Positions 1 through 10,137 of a DNA stretch of 45,847 bases are shown in pieces (positions within the stretch are counted from its first letter, which is position 1; each line of letters opens with the position of its first letter). A program made the translations under genes and the position numbers. Below the pieces are notes generated by a model, which did no database searches, was not told the origin of the DNA, and saw nothing but the letters and a program-made list of their open reading frames with translations. The stretch is from the NCBI GenBank assembly GCA_020536535.1, contig JAHLWZ010000021.1, forward strand, positions 1 through 45,847. Reading direction: 5' to 3'. The DNA is from Pelomyxa schiedti (lineage: Eukaryota > Protista > Evosea).

Positions 1-239
1 GCGGGAAGGTAGTCGGCGGGGGTGATGAGCCACAGCGAGACGCGATTGTGGGAGGGGACAACGACCCACTCGCGGCCGAGGAGGGAAAGCAGCGAAGGCG
101 TGAGCGAAGAAACGGGGGACGCGGAGCCGCATCGCCCCACAAGAACGGCAGCACCGAGCGAAACAAACTGACTGCGTGCATCGATGGTCACCAAAACAGT
201 CGGTGCTCGGGGCGTGGACTGATCAACGGAGAGTAACAT
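1..239 (-). CDS. 5' part of an ARxQ..RCG superfamily protein; runs off the window start
   Basis: Not in the ORF track. Manual translation from ATG 239 is open to the window edge: MLLSVDQSTPRAPTVLVTIDARSQFVSLGAAVLVGRCGSASPVSSLTPSLLSLLGREWVVVPSHN..., closely matching the N-terminus of the 31162 gene (ARKQFVALGAGVIVGRCGGSSHVSSLTSTLLSHIGIEWV). Confidence 0.8.
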   Translation of the reverse strand, partial: MLLSVDQSTPRAPTVLVTIDARSQFVSLGAAVLVGRCGSASPVSSLTPSLLSLLGREWVVVPSHNRVSLWLITPADYLP

Positions 240-281
240 AGCGGTAACGAAAAGTCAAGACAAGGAAAGAAATAAAACTTA

Positions 282-354
282 AGGCTCCAGTGGGAATCGA
301 ACCCGCGATCTTCGCTTTACGAGAGCGACGCTTTGCCAACTAAGCCATGAAGCC
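282..354 (-). tRNA. tRNA-Thr(CGT)
   Basis: 73-nt cloverleaf GGCTTCA...TGGAGCC-T; anticodon arm TCGCT-CTCGTAA-AGCGA; T-arm GGTTCGATTCC. Confidence 0.95.
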
Positions 355-509
355 TTCACAGAAGCCCAAACTCTACTCTGTACATCTTGAAACAGTAAAA
401 CTGGCAGGATAAAAAAAAACTACGATAACGAGGAAACTGAGGTTCGCGTTTTTTGCCGGTTTTAGTTTCACTAGGGTTTAGGGTACAAGTGAAAATTTTT
501 TTTTTGGCA

Positions 510-1838
510 TCAAGGCAAAGACCAAACACCATCAAGACCCCGCATTTCAGGGAGTGGAAGGAGCAGAACAACAACACCAGAGGATGCCTCAATCACCTTC
601 AATTGGTGTCCATCAGCAGTGAAAATGAACCCTGACTCGGCTGCAGCAAGACAAAAGTTGTAATTTGCAGGCATGCAAACACCAGGCACACACATCACCA
701 GTGCTGTTGTGCCACCACTGCAATCCCACATTTTGCAAAGGGAGTCACCACAAGCCAAGCTGACACAGAACCGTGAGTCACTCACACGATACAGGCTGCG
801 TGGTCTCTCACGCCCTTCAATCAACAGCCTCGTTACACCAGCTTCATTCACTTCCACAATTTCTGGAAGATTACGCCGGCGTTCCCTCACATCTGGCTTT
901 CCATGCACAATGAAACAGTGGGATCCGCCAATTCTCTTCATTGACAGTGCTTCAGCCACCACATAGCCTGGTGGAAAAACGGCCCTCGTTTCACTCGAAA
1001 TCACCAGGCTCTTGGATTTGTGGGCTCTTTCAACATCAAACAAAATGAACCTGGCTGCAGTGCTGCCATAATTCTTTGCCACCACAGCCAGCATTTCACT
1101 TGAATCAATTCTCAAAAATGACAGCACAGCCACCTCGTACTCACCAACATTGAACTCCCCAGAGATCGGAACCACAACCCTGGAATCCCGAGGCTCAACT
1201 TCAACGAGGCTCATGATGACAACACCAACCATTCCCACACACCTCTCCCTCACCAGGGATTCATCATCACCCTCAGGTGCCTGGCACTCCACAACGCCCG
1301 CCACGAACCACCTCCAGTTCACATCGCACGCTCCCGGCGAGTTCCTCGCCTTCCACAGAACCACCTCGGGGTTGGCTCCTGTTTCCTCATGGCACCTTCC
1401 CATCTGCCACCTGTACCCCCCGCAGCCCCTGTCGTACCAGTTGAGCTTGTCCACCCACCGAGAGGCACTCACCCACCACGTCTTTACCACCCACGCGGCC
1501 CCGATGCCCCCCTGGGGCTCGTGCCCCCCGGGCTCCCTCGTGAGCGCCAGCAGCACGGGCGACACCGAGAACGCGTGCGGCCGGCTGTGGGGCCCCCTGC
1601 TGGTCTTGCACGCCTCGCCGAGCACGAAGTTTGTGGCGGTCTCGGTGACGAAGGACCAGAGGAGCCTTGGGACGAGGGAGCCGCCGTGTGCGAGGGCGTC
1701 GGCGGCGAGCGGGGCCAGCCGGGAGCCGCACCGTGGGTGGGCGCCGAGAAGAAGCGCCAACAGTTGGTCCTTGGCTCGAATCCACGCAGCAACACCACAT
1801 CTAAGCGTCGATGATGCTGATGCATCATTGGCATGCAT
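510..1838 (-). CDS. Uncharacterised ARxQ..RCG family protein (copy A), 442 aa, intronless
   Basis: Full ORF; WIRAKDQLLALLLGAHPRCGS N-terminal motif and ESGFIF...LKVIEASSG...LDGVW C-terminus shared with the other copies. Confidence 0.85.
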   Translation of the reverse strand: MHANDASASSTLRCGVAAWIRAKDQLLALLLGAHPRCGSRLAPLAADALAHGGSLVPRLLWSFVTETATNFVLGEACKTSRGPHSRPHAFSVSPVLLALTREPGGHEPQGGIGAAWVVKTWWVSASRWVDKLNWYDRGCGGYRWQMGRCHEETGANPEVVLWKARNSPGACDVNWRWFVAGVVECQAPEGDDESLVRERCVGMVGVVIMSLVEVEPRDSRVVVPISGEFNVGEYEVAVLSFLRIDSSEMLAVVAKNYGSTAARFILFDVERAHKSKSLVISSETRAVFPPGYVVAEALSMKRIGGSHCFIVHGKPDVRERRRNLPEIVEVNEAGVTRLLIEGRERPRSLYRVSDSRFCVSLACGDSLCKMWDCSGGTTALVMCVPGVCMPANYNFCLAAAESGFIFTADGHQLKVIEASSGVVVLLLPLPEMRGLDGVWSLP

Positions 1839-1895
1839 AGCTCAATCTTGGTGTTTAGGTGAAAAAGATATCGGTTGTTTACTGGGGTTTGATTG

Positions 1896-3158
1896 ATGGA
1901 CGAAGAAGCGACGCGTGCGACGATTCGTGGCGTTGTTGACGCGAGATCGCAGTTCGTCGCGTTCGCGTGTTCGTCGAACGAAAGGTGCGGCCGGGGCAGT
2001 GCCGCGAAATTGGTGTCCCATAACCACGCCCTGTGCGCCCAGTTTGGCCGCGACTGGGTCGTCGGCTGCTGCCGCCAAGTCGGCAGCACAATCACGCTGT
2101 CTTCGTCCCCATCAGCGGACGAGGACGCGACAACAGCAGAACGAAGCGAATTGTGCTTCTGGGGTGTTCGCGTCCACCTGTTCATGGGACTGAGCGCCAC
2201 ACTCGGCGTGGTGTGGTGCAAGTGCCTGGATCAGGCGGCGTGCGCGCTGCTGGACTGCGAGGTCGACACCATCCAGGGCTGCGTGGGCGACGACAGGTTC
2301 GTGGCGGTGTCGAGCTCGGGTGCTGCCAACGTGATCGACAGCGAGGGGAACGTGGTGGCACCTCTGGATGGCGGGTCGGAGATGGCGCCGTTTGGCCTGT
2401 GGGTGAACAACTGCAAGTGGCTGGTGAGGATCGAGGACGGCGGAGAGGATGAAGAAGGATCGACCAACCTGAAGATATGGAGGATGCGCGATGGCGCGCC
2501 ATTGAGTGGCGGCGAGCGCTCTTGTGTGCCACTGAGTGTGGATTGTGCTGGGTTCTCTCAATTCGAGCCTTTTGGTGACTGCTTGGTGCTTGCTGGCTTC
2601 AGTGGCGAAGAAGATGAAGATGACGCACAGCGGCCTGGAATACTTTACTCCATTGATCTTGAGAAGTTCAATACAACAGCAGCGGGCAGGAATACTGCTG
2701 TTCTACAACATCCCGTTGCTTTTGGATTGGTCTGGGCTTCACCAAACACAATCCTCACACTGCACGGTGACTCAACTAAGGGCTACAAAGTTTACAATAC
2801 TGTGACTGGTCAACTACACGCATTCCCTTCCTCAAAGTACCAAGAGATGTACTCTGTGTCATCTTGTGGGGTTCCTGCGCACCTTGTTTCCTCTTTAAGA
2901 GGGTCTGAAACGTGCGAGGTTTACCATTGCTCTGAATTGACGATACCCTTGTGTCAGTATCAACACACAGCAGCAACAGGCAAGATTGAAGTATGTTCGT
3001 CATCCAACGCCATCTATGCTGTGCCAACATCATCAAACACAGCAAAACCTCCTTTACAGCAGCAAGAGCAACATCTCACAACACTCTACATTCATGATTC
3101 CACCACAGGAATACCATTGACCACTCTAGAAGTAATATTGATGCACTACACCCTGTAG
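1896..3158 (+). CDS. Divergent ARxQ..RCG superfamily protein (copy B), ~420 aa
   Basis: ATG at 1896; DARSQFVAFACSSNERCG, GLSATLGVV, NNCKWLV and C-terminal IHDSTTGIPL motifs align by eye with the family; head-to-head with copy A. Confidence 0.8.
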   Translation: MDEEATRATIRGVVDARSQFVAFACSSNERCGRGSAAKLVSHNHALCAQFGRDWVVGCCRQVGSTITLSSSPSADEDATTAERSELCFWGVRVHLFMGLSATLGVVWCKCLDQAACALLDCEVDTIQGCVGDDRFVAVSSSGAANVIDSEGNVVAPLDGGSEMAPFGLWVNNCKWLVRIEDGGEDEEGSTNLKIWRMRDGAPLSGGERSCVPLSVDCAGFSQFEPFGDCLVLAGFSGEEDEDDAQRPGILYSIDLEKFNTTAAGRNTAVLQHPVAFGLVWASPNTILTLHGDSTKGYKVYNTVTGQLHAFPSSKYQEMYSVSSCGVPAHLVSSLRGSETCEVYHCSELTIPLCQYQHTAATGKIEVCSSSNAIYAVPTSSNTAKPPLQQQEQHLTTLYIHDSTTGIPLTTLEVILMHYTL

Positions 3159-3235
3159 CCAGAATATTTCAATTGATCTTAATAATTCAATGAAGAAAGT
3201 TATTATTATTTTGACTGTGTCTTGTGTTCCTGGCA

Positions 3236-4166
3236 TCAAGGCAACGCCCAAACACCATCAAGGCCAAGAATTTCAGGGAGTGGAAGGAGCAGAACAACAA
3301 CACCAGAGGATGCCTCAATCACCTTCAATTGGTGACGCTCAACGGTGAAGATGAACCCTGACTCGGCTGCTGCCACGCTCCAGAACTTGTGCTGCTCGGG
3401 CATACGCACTCCAGGCACACTCCTCAGCAATTCCGTTGCATTACCACTGCAATCCCAAATCTCGCAAAGGGAGTCACCACTGTCAAGGCTGACACAGAAC
3501 CGTGAGTCGCTCACACGATACAGGCTGCGCGGTTTATCTCTCCCTTCACTCAACAGCTTCACCACACCAGTTCTTTCACTCACTTCGGTGATTTCTAAAG
3601 GAGCAACGCGGCGCGCCCTCCCGTGGGCCTTCCCATACACAATGAAACAGTGCGATCCGTCCGTCCTCTCCATTGACATGGCTGAGGACACCACATAGCC
3701 TGGTGGAAACAGGGCCCTCGTTTCACTCGCAATCACCAGGCTCTTGGACTTGTATGCGCCCCCTACATCAAACAGGATGAACCTGTTCTCAGTGCCGTCC
3801 TTCCTCGCCACCACAGCAAGCATCTCACTCGGCTTTGAGAATGACAACAGCCTCACAAAGTACTCAGCCGAGTCGAACGCCCCGCCAGAGATCGGAACAA
3901 TCACCCTGCCCCCGTCAGGCTGGGCATCCGCCCTCATGCTCATAATGACAACGCCAACCATTCCCCCGCACATGTCCCTCACCAACGCATCGCCGTCGCC
4001 GCTCTCGCCCTCGCACTCAGCCACACTGGCAACAAACCACCTCCAGTTCACATCGCACGCGGCGTAGCACCCCAGGAGACCGTCCCTCGCTGCCCACAGC
4101 AAGCACCCCCCGCCTCCGCCGCCGCCGCCGCCGCGGCCCTCGTTGTTGTCGTGGAGCACCCACCTG
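3236..4166 (-). CDS. ARxQ..RCG family protein, C-terminal portion (copy C1); 5' end lost in gap
   Basis: CDVNWRWFVA...AESGFIF...LDGVWALP*; begins at the N-gap 4167-4266. Confidence 0.8.
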
Positions 4167-4266
4167 NNNNNNNNNNNNNNNNNNNNNNNNNNNNNNNNNN
4201 NNNNNNNNNNNNNNNNNNNNNNNNNNNNNNNNNNNNNNNNNNNNNNNNNNNNNNNNNNNNNNNNNN

Positions 4267-5296
4267 GCCGGCGTTCCCTCACATCTGGCTTTCCATGCAC
4301 AATGAAACAGTGGGATCCGCCAATTCTCTTCATTGACAGTGCTTCAGCCACCACATAGCCTGGTGGAAAAACGGCCCTCGTTTCACTTGCAATCACCAGG
4401 CTCTTGGATTCGTGGGTACTCTCCACATCAAACAAGATGAACCTGGCTGCAGTGCTGCCATAATTCTTTGTCACCACAGCCAGCACTTCACTTGAATCAT
4501 TTCTCGAAAATGACAGCACAACCACCTCGTACTCATCAACATTGAACTCCCCAGAGATCGGAACCACAACCCTGGAATTCCGAGGCTCAACTTCGGCGAG
4601 GCTCATGATGACAACACCAACCATTCCCCCACACCTCTCCCTCACCAGGGATTCATCATCACCTTCAGGTTCCTCGCACTCCACAACGCCCGCCACGAAC
4701 CACTTCCAGTTCACATCGCACGCTCCCGGCGAGTTCCTCGCCTTCCACAGAACCACCTCGGTCTTCTTGCTCGCCGTTGCCCCACGCCTTCCCCCGCGCC
4801 CCTCCTCGCTGCAGCCACGGGCGCAGTCGTGCGCCAGCCACTTGAACCCACCGCAGCCCCTGTAATACCAGTCCACCATGTCCACCCACCGAGTGGGACT
4901 CACCCACCACGTCCTCGCCACCCACGCCGCCCCGATGCTGCCCCGCTCGTGCCCCCCGGGCTCCCTCGTGAGCGCCAGCAGCACCGGCGACACCGAGAAC
5001 GCGTGCGGCCGGCTGTTGGGGTACATGCACGCCTCGCCGAGCACGAAGTTTGCGGCGGTCTCGGTGACGAAGGACCACAGGAGCCTGGGGACGAGGGAGC
5101 CGCCGTGTGCGAGGGCGTCGGCGGCGCGGGGGGCCAGCCGGGAGCCGCAGCGTGGGTGGGCGCCGAGAAGAAGCGCCAACAGTTGATCCTTGGCTCGAAT
5201 CCACGCAGCACCACCACCACATCCCAACGTGGATGGTGATGCAGGGGTCGACGGCTCACCCGACGACCGACCAGTGTTGTTGGTGCCTGAGAACAT
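4267..5296 (-). CDS. ARxQ..RCG family protein, N-terminal portion (copy C2); 3' end lost in gap
   Basis: ATG 5296 (MFSGTNNTG, same start as copies D and F); near-identical to D/F. Confidence 0.8.
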
Positions 5297-5420
5297 ATTG
5301 ATCGCGTCTTTTTGGTTTTTGAAAGTTTGATGTTCGCGATAAAATGTGGGTGTGGCAGCTTGCAGTTTTGTTGGATTTGGATGCTGTGGCTGTGTAGGGT
5401 TGGGGGCAGAGTGAAGGTGG

Positions 5421-5930
5421 TGCTTTGGTGACCTAGAGGGGATATGTGGAGGAGTGACGCACAATCAGTTGTTTAACCCGGCTGCTGCCATATATCTATG
5501 GTGGTTATCAGAACTGAGAAAAGAAAAAAGAAAAGAAAGAATACACATGTGCTAAGCCGGCAATGTGTCGGGCATGGAACAGAGCAGAGGCAGTGAAATG
5601 TTATTCCTGGTGCCTTTAAGACCGCTTCGGCCTAAGTTGAGGTGAGGAATACAAACAAAATGGGCTAATACCTGGTGACAGTAACTGGCTAGCCTGGAGA
5701 ATAATGCTTTGGTGACCTAGAGGGGATATGAGGAGTGACGCGCAATCAGTCCCAAAAAAGAAAATAAAATAAAAGAAAGAAAAAAAGAAAAGAAAAAGAG
5801 ACACCTGCCTGAGTTTCAGTTTCTAAGCCGGCAATGTGGCTGGAATTGCGTGGAGGCAGTGAAATGTTATTCCTGGTGCCTTGCAGACCGCTTCGGCCTA
5901 GTTGAGTTGAGGAATACAAACAAAATGTAA
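5421..5930. repeat. Imperfect tandem duplication, two ~270-285 bp non-coding units
   Basis: TGCTTTGGTGACCTAGAGGGGATATG at 5421 and 5705; CTAAGCCGGCAATGTG...GAGGCAGTGAAATGTTATTCCTGGTGCCTT..AGACCGCTTCGGCCTA...GGAATACAAACAAAATG occurs twice. Confidence 0.85.
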
Positions 5931-6044
5931 CTGGTTTCTACCTTGGTGAGTGTATGGCAAAGTTCTCCCCCACCTGCAAAAAGTTAAAAAGAGGTGAAGC
6001 GAGAGAGGAGGGAATACCACAGAAAGCTCCGCATCGATCAGGCC

Positions 6045-6129
6045 AATGCAACGCAACGCGACGCGACGCAAAGCGACACAACGCAAAGCGACGCGACGCA
6101 AAGCAACGCGACACACCACAACACAACAC
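6045..6129. repeat. Degenerate pentanucleotide microsatellite (ACGCA/ACGCG/AAGCG/ACACA)
   Basis: Direct reading: acgcaacgcgacgcgacgcaaagcgacacaacgcaaagcg... Confidence 0.8.
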
Positions 6130-7185
6130 CCATTATTTTGGCCTCACATCCATCCCCTGCCGTCTCGCCTCTTGACACTCACGACCCGTGAGTGAGTGAG
6201 TTTCGATCTCAACCATAAATAAATAAATTATAATACACCGGTGTAAAATAAAAAAAAAAGATGTTACTAGAGTTGTGTTGTAGGGGTTGTGTTGTTGGGA
6301 GGTCTGTGGTCACGATCTTTCAGGTATTGTACAATTTACCCTCCCCTCGTTTTCTGTTGTCTCTCACTTCCACACTTGTTTTATTTATTTTATATATGAA
6401 CGCATGGAGTGGTGTTAAATAATAAATTATTTAACAATTTATTGTGCTTATTTCGTTATCTTATCAACTTTTTAAATTACTTTAGGTGTTTTTCCATCAA
6501 CCTGTATGAGGAGTCATTGCCGGCATGATTTTCTGTATTTCTGGCAGCTTGCCACTGGTATGTGGCTTTCCTCGGTTTCTCTTTTTCCAGTTTCACCTTG
6601 TAATAATAGACGTGTGGAATTGCCATCTGTGGAGATGAAAGTCCATGTACATCCCTCTTTTTGTCATCACCACACTCAACAGTACCAGGAACCGTGGGCA
6701 ACAGCACAGCGAAAACGGGAACCGGACTGAGTATTCTTTTATCTCCAGTGATCAAGGTACTCAACAATATAACTGTGGTGCCAAAACCAACCATAGATTA
6801 ATGATAATAAATCTATGTTGTCTGTGTGTGGTGTGGTGTGTGGGCACTGCTGTGCGTTGAGATCATTGCAAAAATAGAATAAATTCAAATTCAAATTTTA
6901 TTGAATTATATTATTAATATTAATATATTATTATATATTAATATTAAAATAGAATAAATTCATTCAGATTAAGCTGCCACACCCCTAAAACAGTTCACAG
7001 TCAGCTGGGGTGTTGTCTTCCAGCCAACAACTCGTTTGACAGCCACGTGGGGGCTGAAACAAGGGGTGGCAGCCAGCACTTGGTGTGGGAGCCAGCACCT
7101 GGCTGTGGGTGCTTGCGGCTTTGTTGTTTGCGTGTACTGTTGTGTTGAGATCTATGGTTCCAAAAAGTGTGTTTTCTTTTTTTAT

Positions 7186-8568
7186 CTATGCTTTTGACGG
7201 CAAAGCCCAAACACCATCAAGGCCCTGCATTTGTGGGAGAGGAAGGAGCAGAACAATAAAACCAGAGGAGGCCTCAATCACCCTCAATTGGTGTCCATCA
7301 GCAGTGAAAATGAACCCTGACTCGGCTGCGGCAACACAAACTCCGAAATTTGCCTGCACACCAGGCACACACATCACCAGTGCTGTTGTGCCACCACTGC
7401 AATCCCACATTTTGCAAAGGGAGTCACCACAATCAAAGCGGACACAGAACCGTGAGTCACTCACACGATACAGGCTGCGTGGTCTCGAACATCCTTCAAT
7501 CAACAGCGTAGTTACACCAGCTTCATTCACTTCCACAATTTCTGGAAGATTACGCCGGCGTTCCGTCACATCTGGCTTTCCATGCACAATGAAACAGTGG
7601 GATCCACCAATTCTCTTCATTGACAGTGCTTCAGCCACCACATAGCCTGGTGGAAAAACGGCCCTCGTTTCACTCGCAATCACCAGGCTCTTGGATTTGT
7701 GGGAACTCTCCACATCAAACAAAATGAACCTGGCTGCAGTGCTGCCATAATTCTTTGTCACCACAGCCAGCACTTCACTTGAATCATTTCTCGAAAATGA
7801 CAGCACATCCACCTCGTTCTCATCAACATTGAACTCCACAGAGATCGGAACCACAACCCTGGAATTCCGAGGCTCCACTTCGGCGAGTCTCATGATGACA
7901 ACGCCAACCATTCCCCCGCACTTCTCCCTCACCAGGGATTCATCATCACCTTCGGGTTCCTCGCACTCCACAACGCCCGCCACGAACCACTTCCAGTTCA
8001 CATCGCACGCTCCCGGCGAGTTCCTTGCCTTCCACAGAACCACCTCGGTCTTCTTGCTCGCCGTTGCCCCGCGCCTTCCCCCGCGCCCCTCCTCGCTGCA
8101 GCCACTGGCGCGGTCGTGCCACTTGAACCCACCGCAGCCCCTGTAATACCAGTCCACCATGTCCACCCACCGAGAGGCGCTCACCCACCACGTCCTCACC
8201 GCCCACGCCGCCCCGATTCCGCCCCGCTCGTGCCCCCCGGGCTCCCTCGTGAGCGCCAGCAGCACCGGCGACACGGAGAACGCGTGCGGCCGGCTGTTGG
8301 GGTTCATGCACGCCTCGCCGAGCACGAAGTTTGTGGCGGTCTCGGTGACGAAGGACCAGAGGAGCCTGGGGACGAGGGAGCCGCCGTGTGCGAGGGCGTC
8401 GGCGGCGAGCGGGGCCAGCCGGGAGCCGCAGCGTGGGTGGGCGCCGAGAAGAAGCGCCAACAGTTGGTCCTTGGCTCGAATCCACGCAGCACCACCACAA
8501 CCACATCTCAACGTGGATGGTGATGCAGGGGTCGACGGCCGGCCAGTGTTGTTGGTGCCTGAGAACAT
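7186..8568 (-). CDS. ARxQ..RCG family protein (copy D), 460 aa
   Basis: Complete ORF; highly similar to copies C2, F and U. Confidence 0.88.
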   Translation of the reverse strand: MFSGTNNTGRPSTPASPSTLRCGCGGAAWIRAKDQLLALLLGAHPRCGSRLAPLAADALAHGGSLVPRLLWSFVTETATNFVLGEACMNPNSRPHAFSVSPVLLALTREPGGHERGGIGAAWAVRTWWVSASRWVDMVDWYYRGCGGFKWHDRASGCSEEGRGGRRGATASKKTEVVLWKARNSPGACDVNWKWFVAGVVECEEPEGDDESLVREKCGGMVGVVIMRLAEVEPRNSRVVVPISVEFNVDENEVDVLSFSRNDSSEVLAVVTKNYGSTAARFILFDVESSHKSKSLVIASETRAVFPPGYVVAEALSMKRIGGSHCFIVHGKPDVTERRRNLPEIVEVNEAGVTTLLIEGCSRPRSLYRVSDSRFCVRFDCGDSLCKMWDCSGGTTALVMCVPGVQANFGVCVAAAESGFIFTADGHQLRVIEASSGFIVLLLPLPQMQGLDGVWALPSKA

Positions 8569-8616
8569 ATTGATCTTTTTACTGTACCGTCAGGCCATCA
8601 TTCTTTGTAAAAAGGG

Positions 8617-8756
8617 CGACGATTCGTGCCGTTGTTGACACAAGATCGCGTGTTAGTCGAGCGAAAGAGCAAGACGCCAAATTGGTGTCCCATAAACACG
8701 CCCTGTGAGCCCTGTTTTGCCGTGAATGGGTTGTCTGCTGCCACCAAGTCGGCAAC
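8617..8756 (+). pseudogene. Decayed 5' fragment of a copy-B-type gene
   Basis: Aligns with deletions to ~1918-2087 (CGATTCGTG-CGTTGTTGAC, AAATTGGTGTCCCATAA-CACGCCCTGTG, GCTGCC-CCAAGTCGGCA); lies head-to-head with copy D as B does with A. Confidence 0.75.
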
Positions 8757-10137
8757 CCAATAACCTGAAGATATTGTTAGCTTCTGTGGGCTCGAGAATA
8801 AGCCCCACAGAGGAAGAAAACAAGTGACGTGAAGAGACTAAAGGGTTCTCTTGTTTGTTCTCGTTGTTGTTGTACAGGGATAAAAAGGGAGTGTGTAAAA
8901 TCTCGCAAAGCGGTTGTGCGATTGGGTTAAAAGGCTGCCATGTTCAAATGGATTCTCGGACAAGTGTGCATGTAATCAAAACCGCCTGCCACGTTGTTGT
9001 TGCTGTATTTGTGCGCCCTGCTGCGCTGTGCGCTGATCATTACCTTCGCTGTCTCATTCTGGTAATAGTCCAGATTCGGCTCAGTCCTCAGTCTCTCCAA
9101 TCCCACTAAAGGCACCAGACTTCAGAGCCTCGTGAGCAAGGCCAAGTTTGTGTACTTTGTGGAAGTACACAATATGGATGATGTGTGATGGTGCACTAGT
9201 GTAGTACTCAGTGTGGCTCTTGTGTGCCACTTACTGTTAGCACAGTAACTTGAAATACTAGTTACCAATAACCATCAACTTAATGTAAAATTGTTGATAG
9301 GAATGTCATTAGCTCAATTGATAAAACAAACAAACATACAACAATAACACAGGAAACCTGGGTGGAGATCAACAATACCCAGTAAAAAATACAATTAAAA
9401 ATACACACAGAACACATAAAGTGACCAGGAAGGGGACACCAGAAAAGGGGTTGAGCAAGGTGAAGAACAAAGGCTGGACTGCAGTGCCAAAAATTTGGAA
9501 GTTGCCTGCTCAACACCCAGGGGTGAAGCAAGAAGCAACATATGGGAAGATGGCCGGTGATAGGACTCTCGTTCCCATTTGAGTTGTGTGCGTGATAGTG
9601 TCTATCAAGAAGAATTATTTTTGTTATTATTCCTATTTACAATCTTTCTGTGGTACAACGGCGGGTGATTCAAGGAAAGGCCATTAGAATGAACGCTCCG
9701 GCCGTTCCTGTGAATGGCCGGCTATGTCCCGAACCAAGTTCCCCGATGATTCTTGGAACTTGCTCTCTGACACCGGCTGGATCTGTGCACCGAGTCGGTG
9801 ACCACACACTGGTCTCTCAGCCCAACTAGTTGTTGTTTGTTTTCAAGGAAAAGTACAATCTGTCCAGTGGTGACTGACAAAACGCAGATTTATCTGCAGA
9901 TTTTCACCAGTACCAACTTTTGTATTTTCTCCCTTCCTCAGTCACAAATGTTAATGGGAACCAGGGGAAACCTTGACCACAAGCTCAAGCTACTGACTCC
10001 CAGTCTTAGACTCGGACAACAAGAAAACAAATTGATACGATTTTCAGCACACTTAGTTTGACCCCAAAATTAGGAGGTGCATCGCACACGATTCCTCGAA
10101 AACCACGTGTTCCAAAAAGTATGTTTTCTTTGTTTGT

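Noticed and set aside
3236-5464. 742-aa ORF with an apparent internal domain duplication
   Set aside because: It joins two different paralogues (C2 and C1) across a 100-N gap, so it is a scaffold artefact.
6477-6794. 105-aa minus-strand ORF in the intergenic region
   Set aside because: No recognisable motif, paralogue or splice context to support a gene call.
9787-9800. GCACCGAGTCGGTG, identical to part of the SpCas9 tracrRNA 3' hairpin
   Set aside because: Only 14 nt of a self-complementary word; no other tracr sequence, CRISPR array or Cas/TnpB/Fanzor ORF seen in the window.
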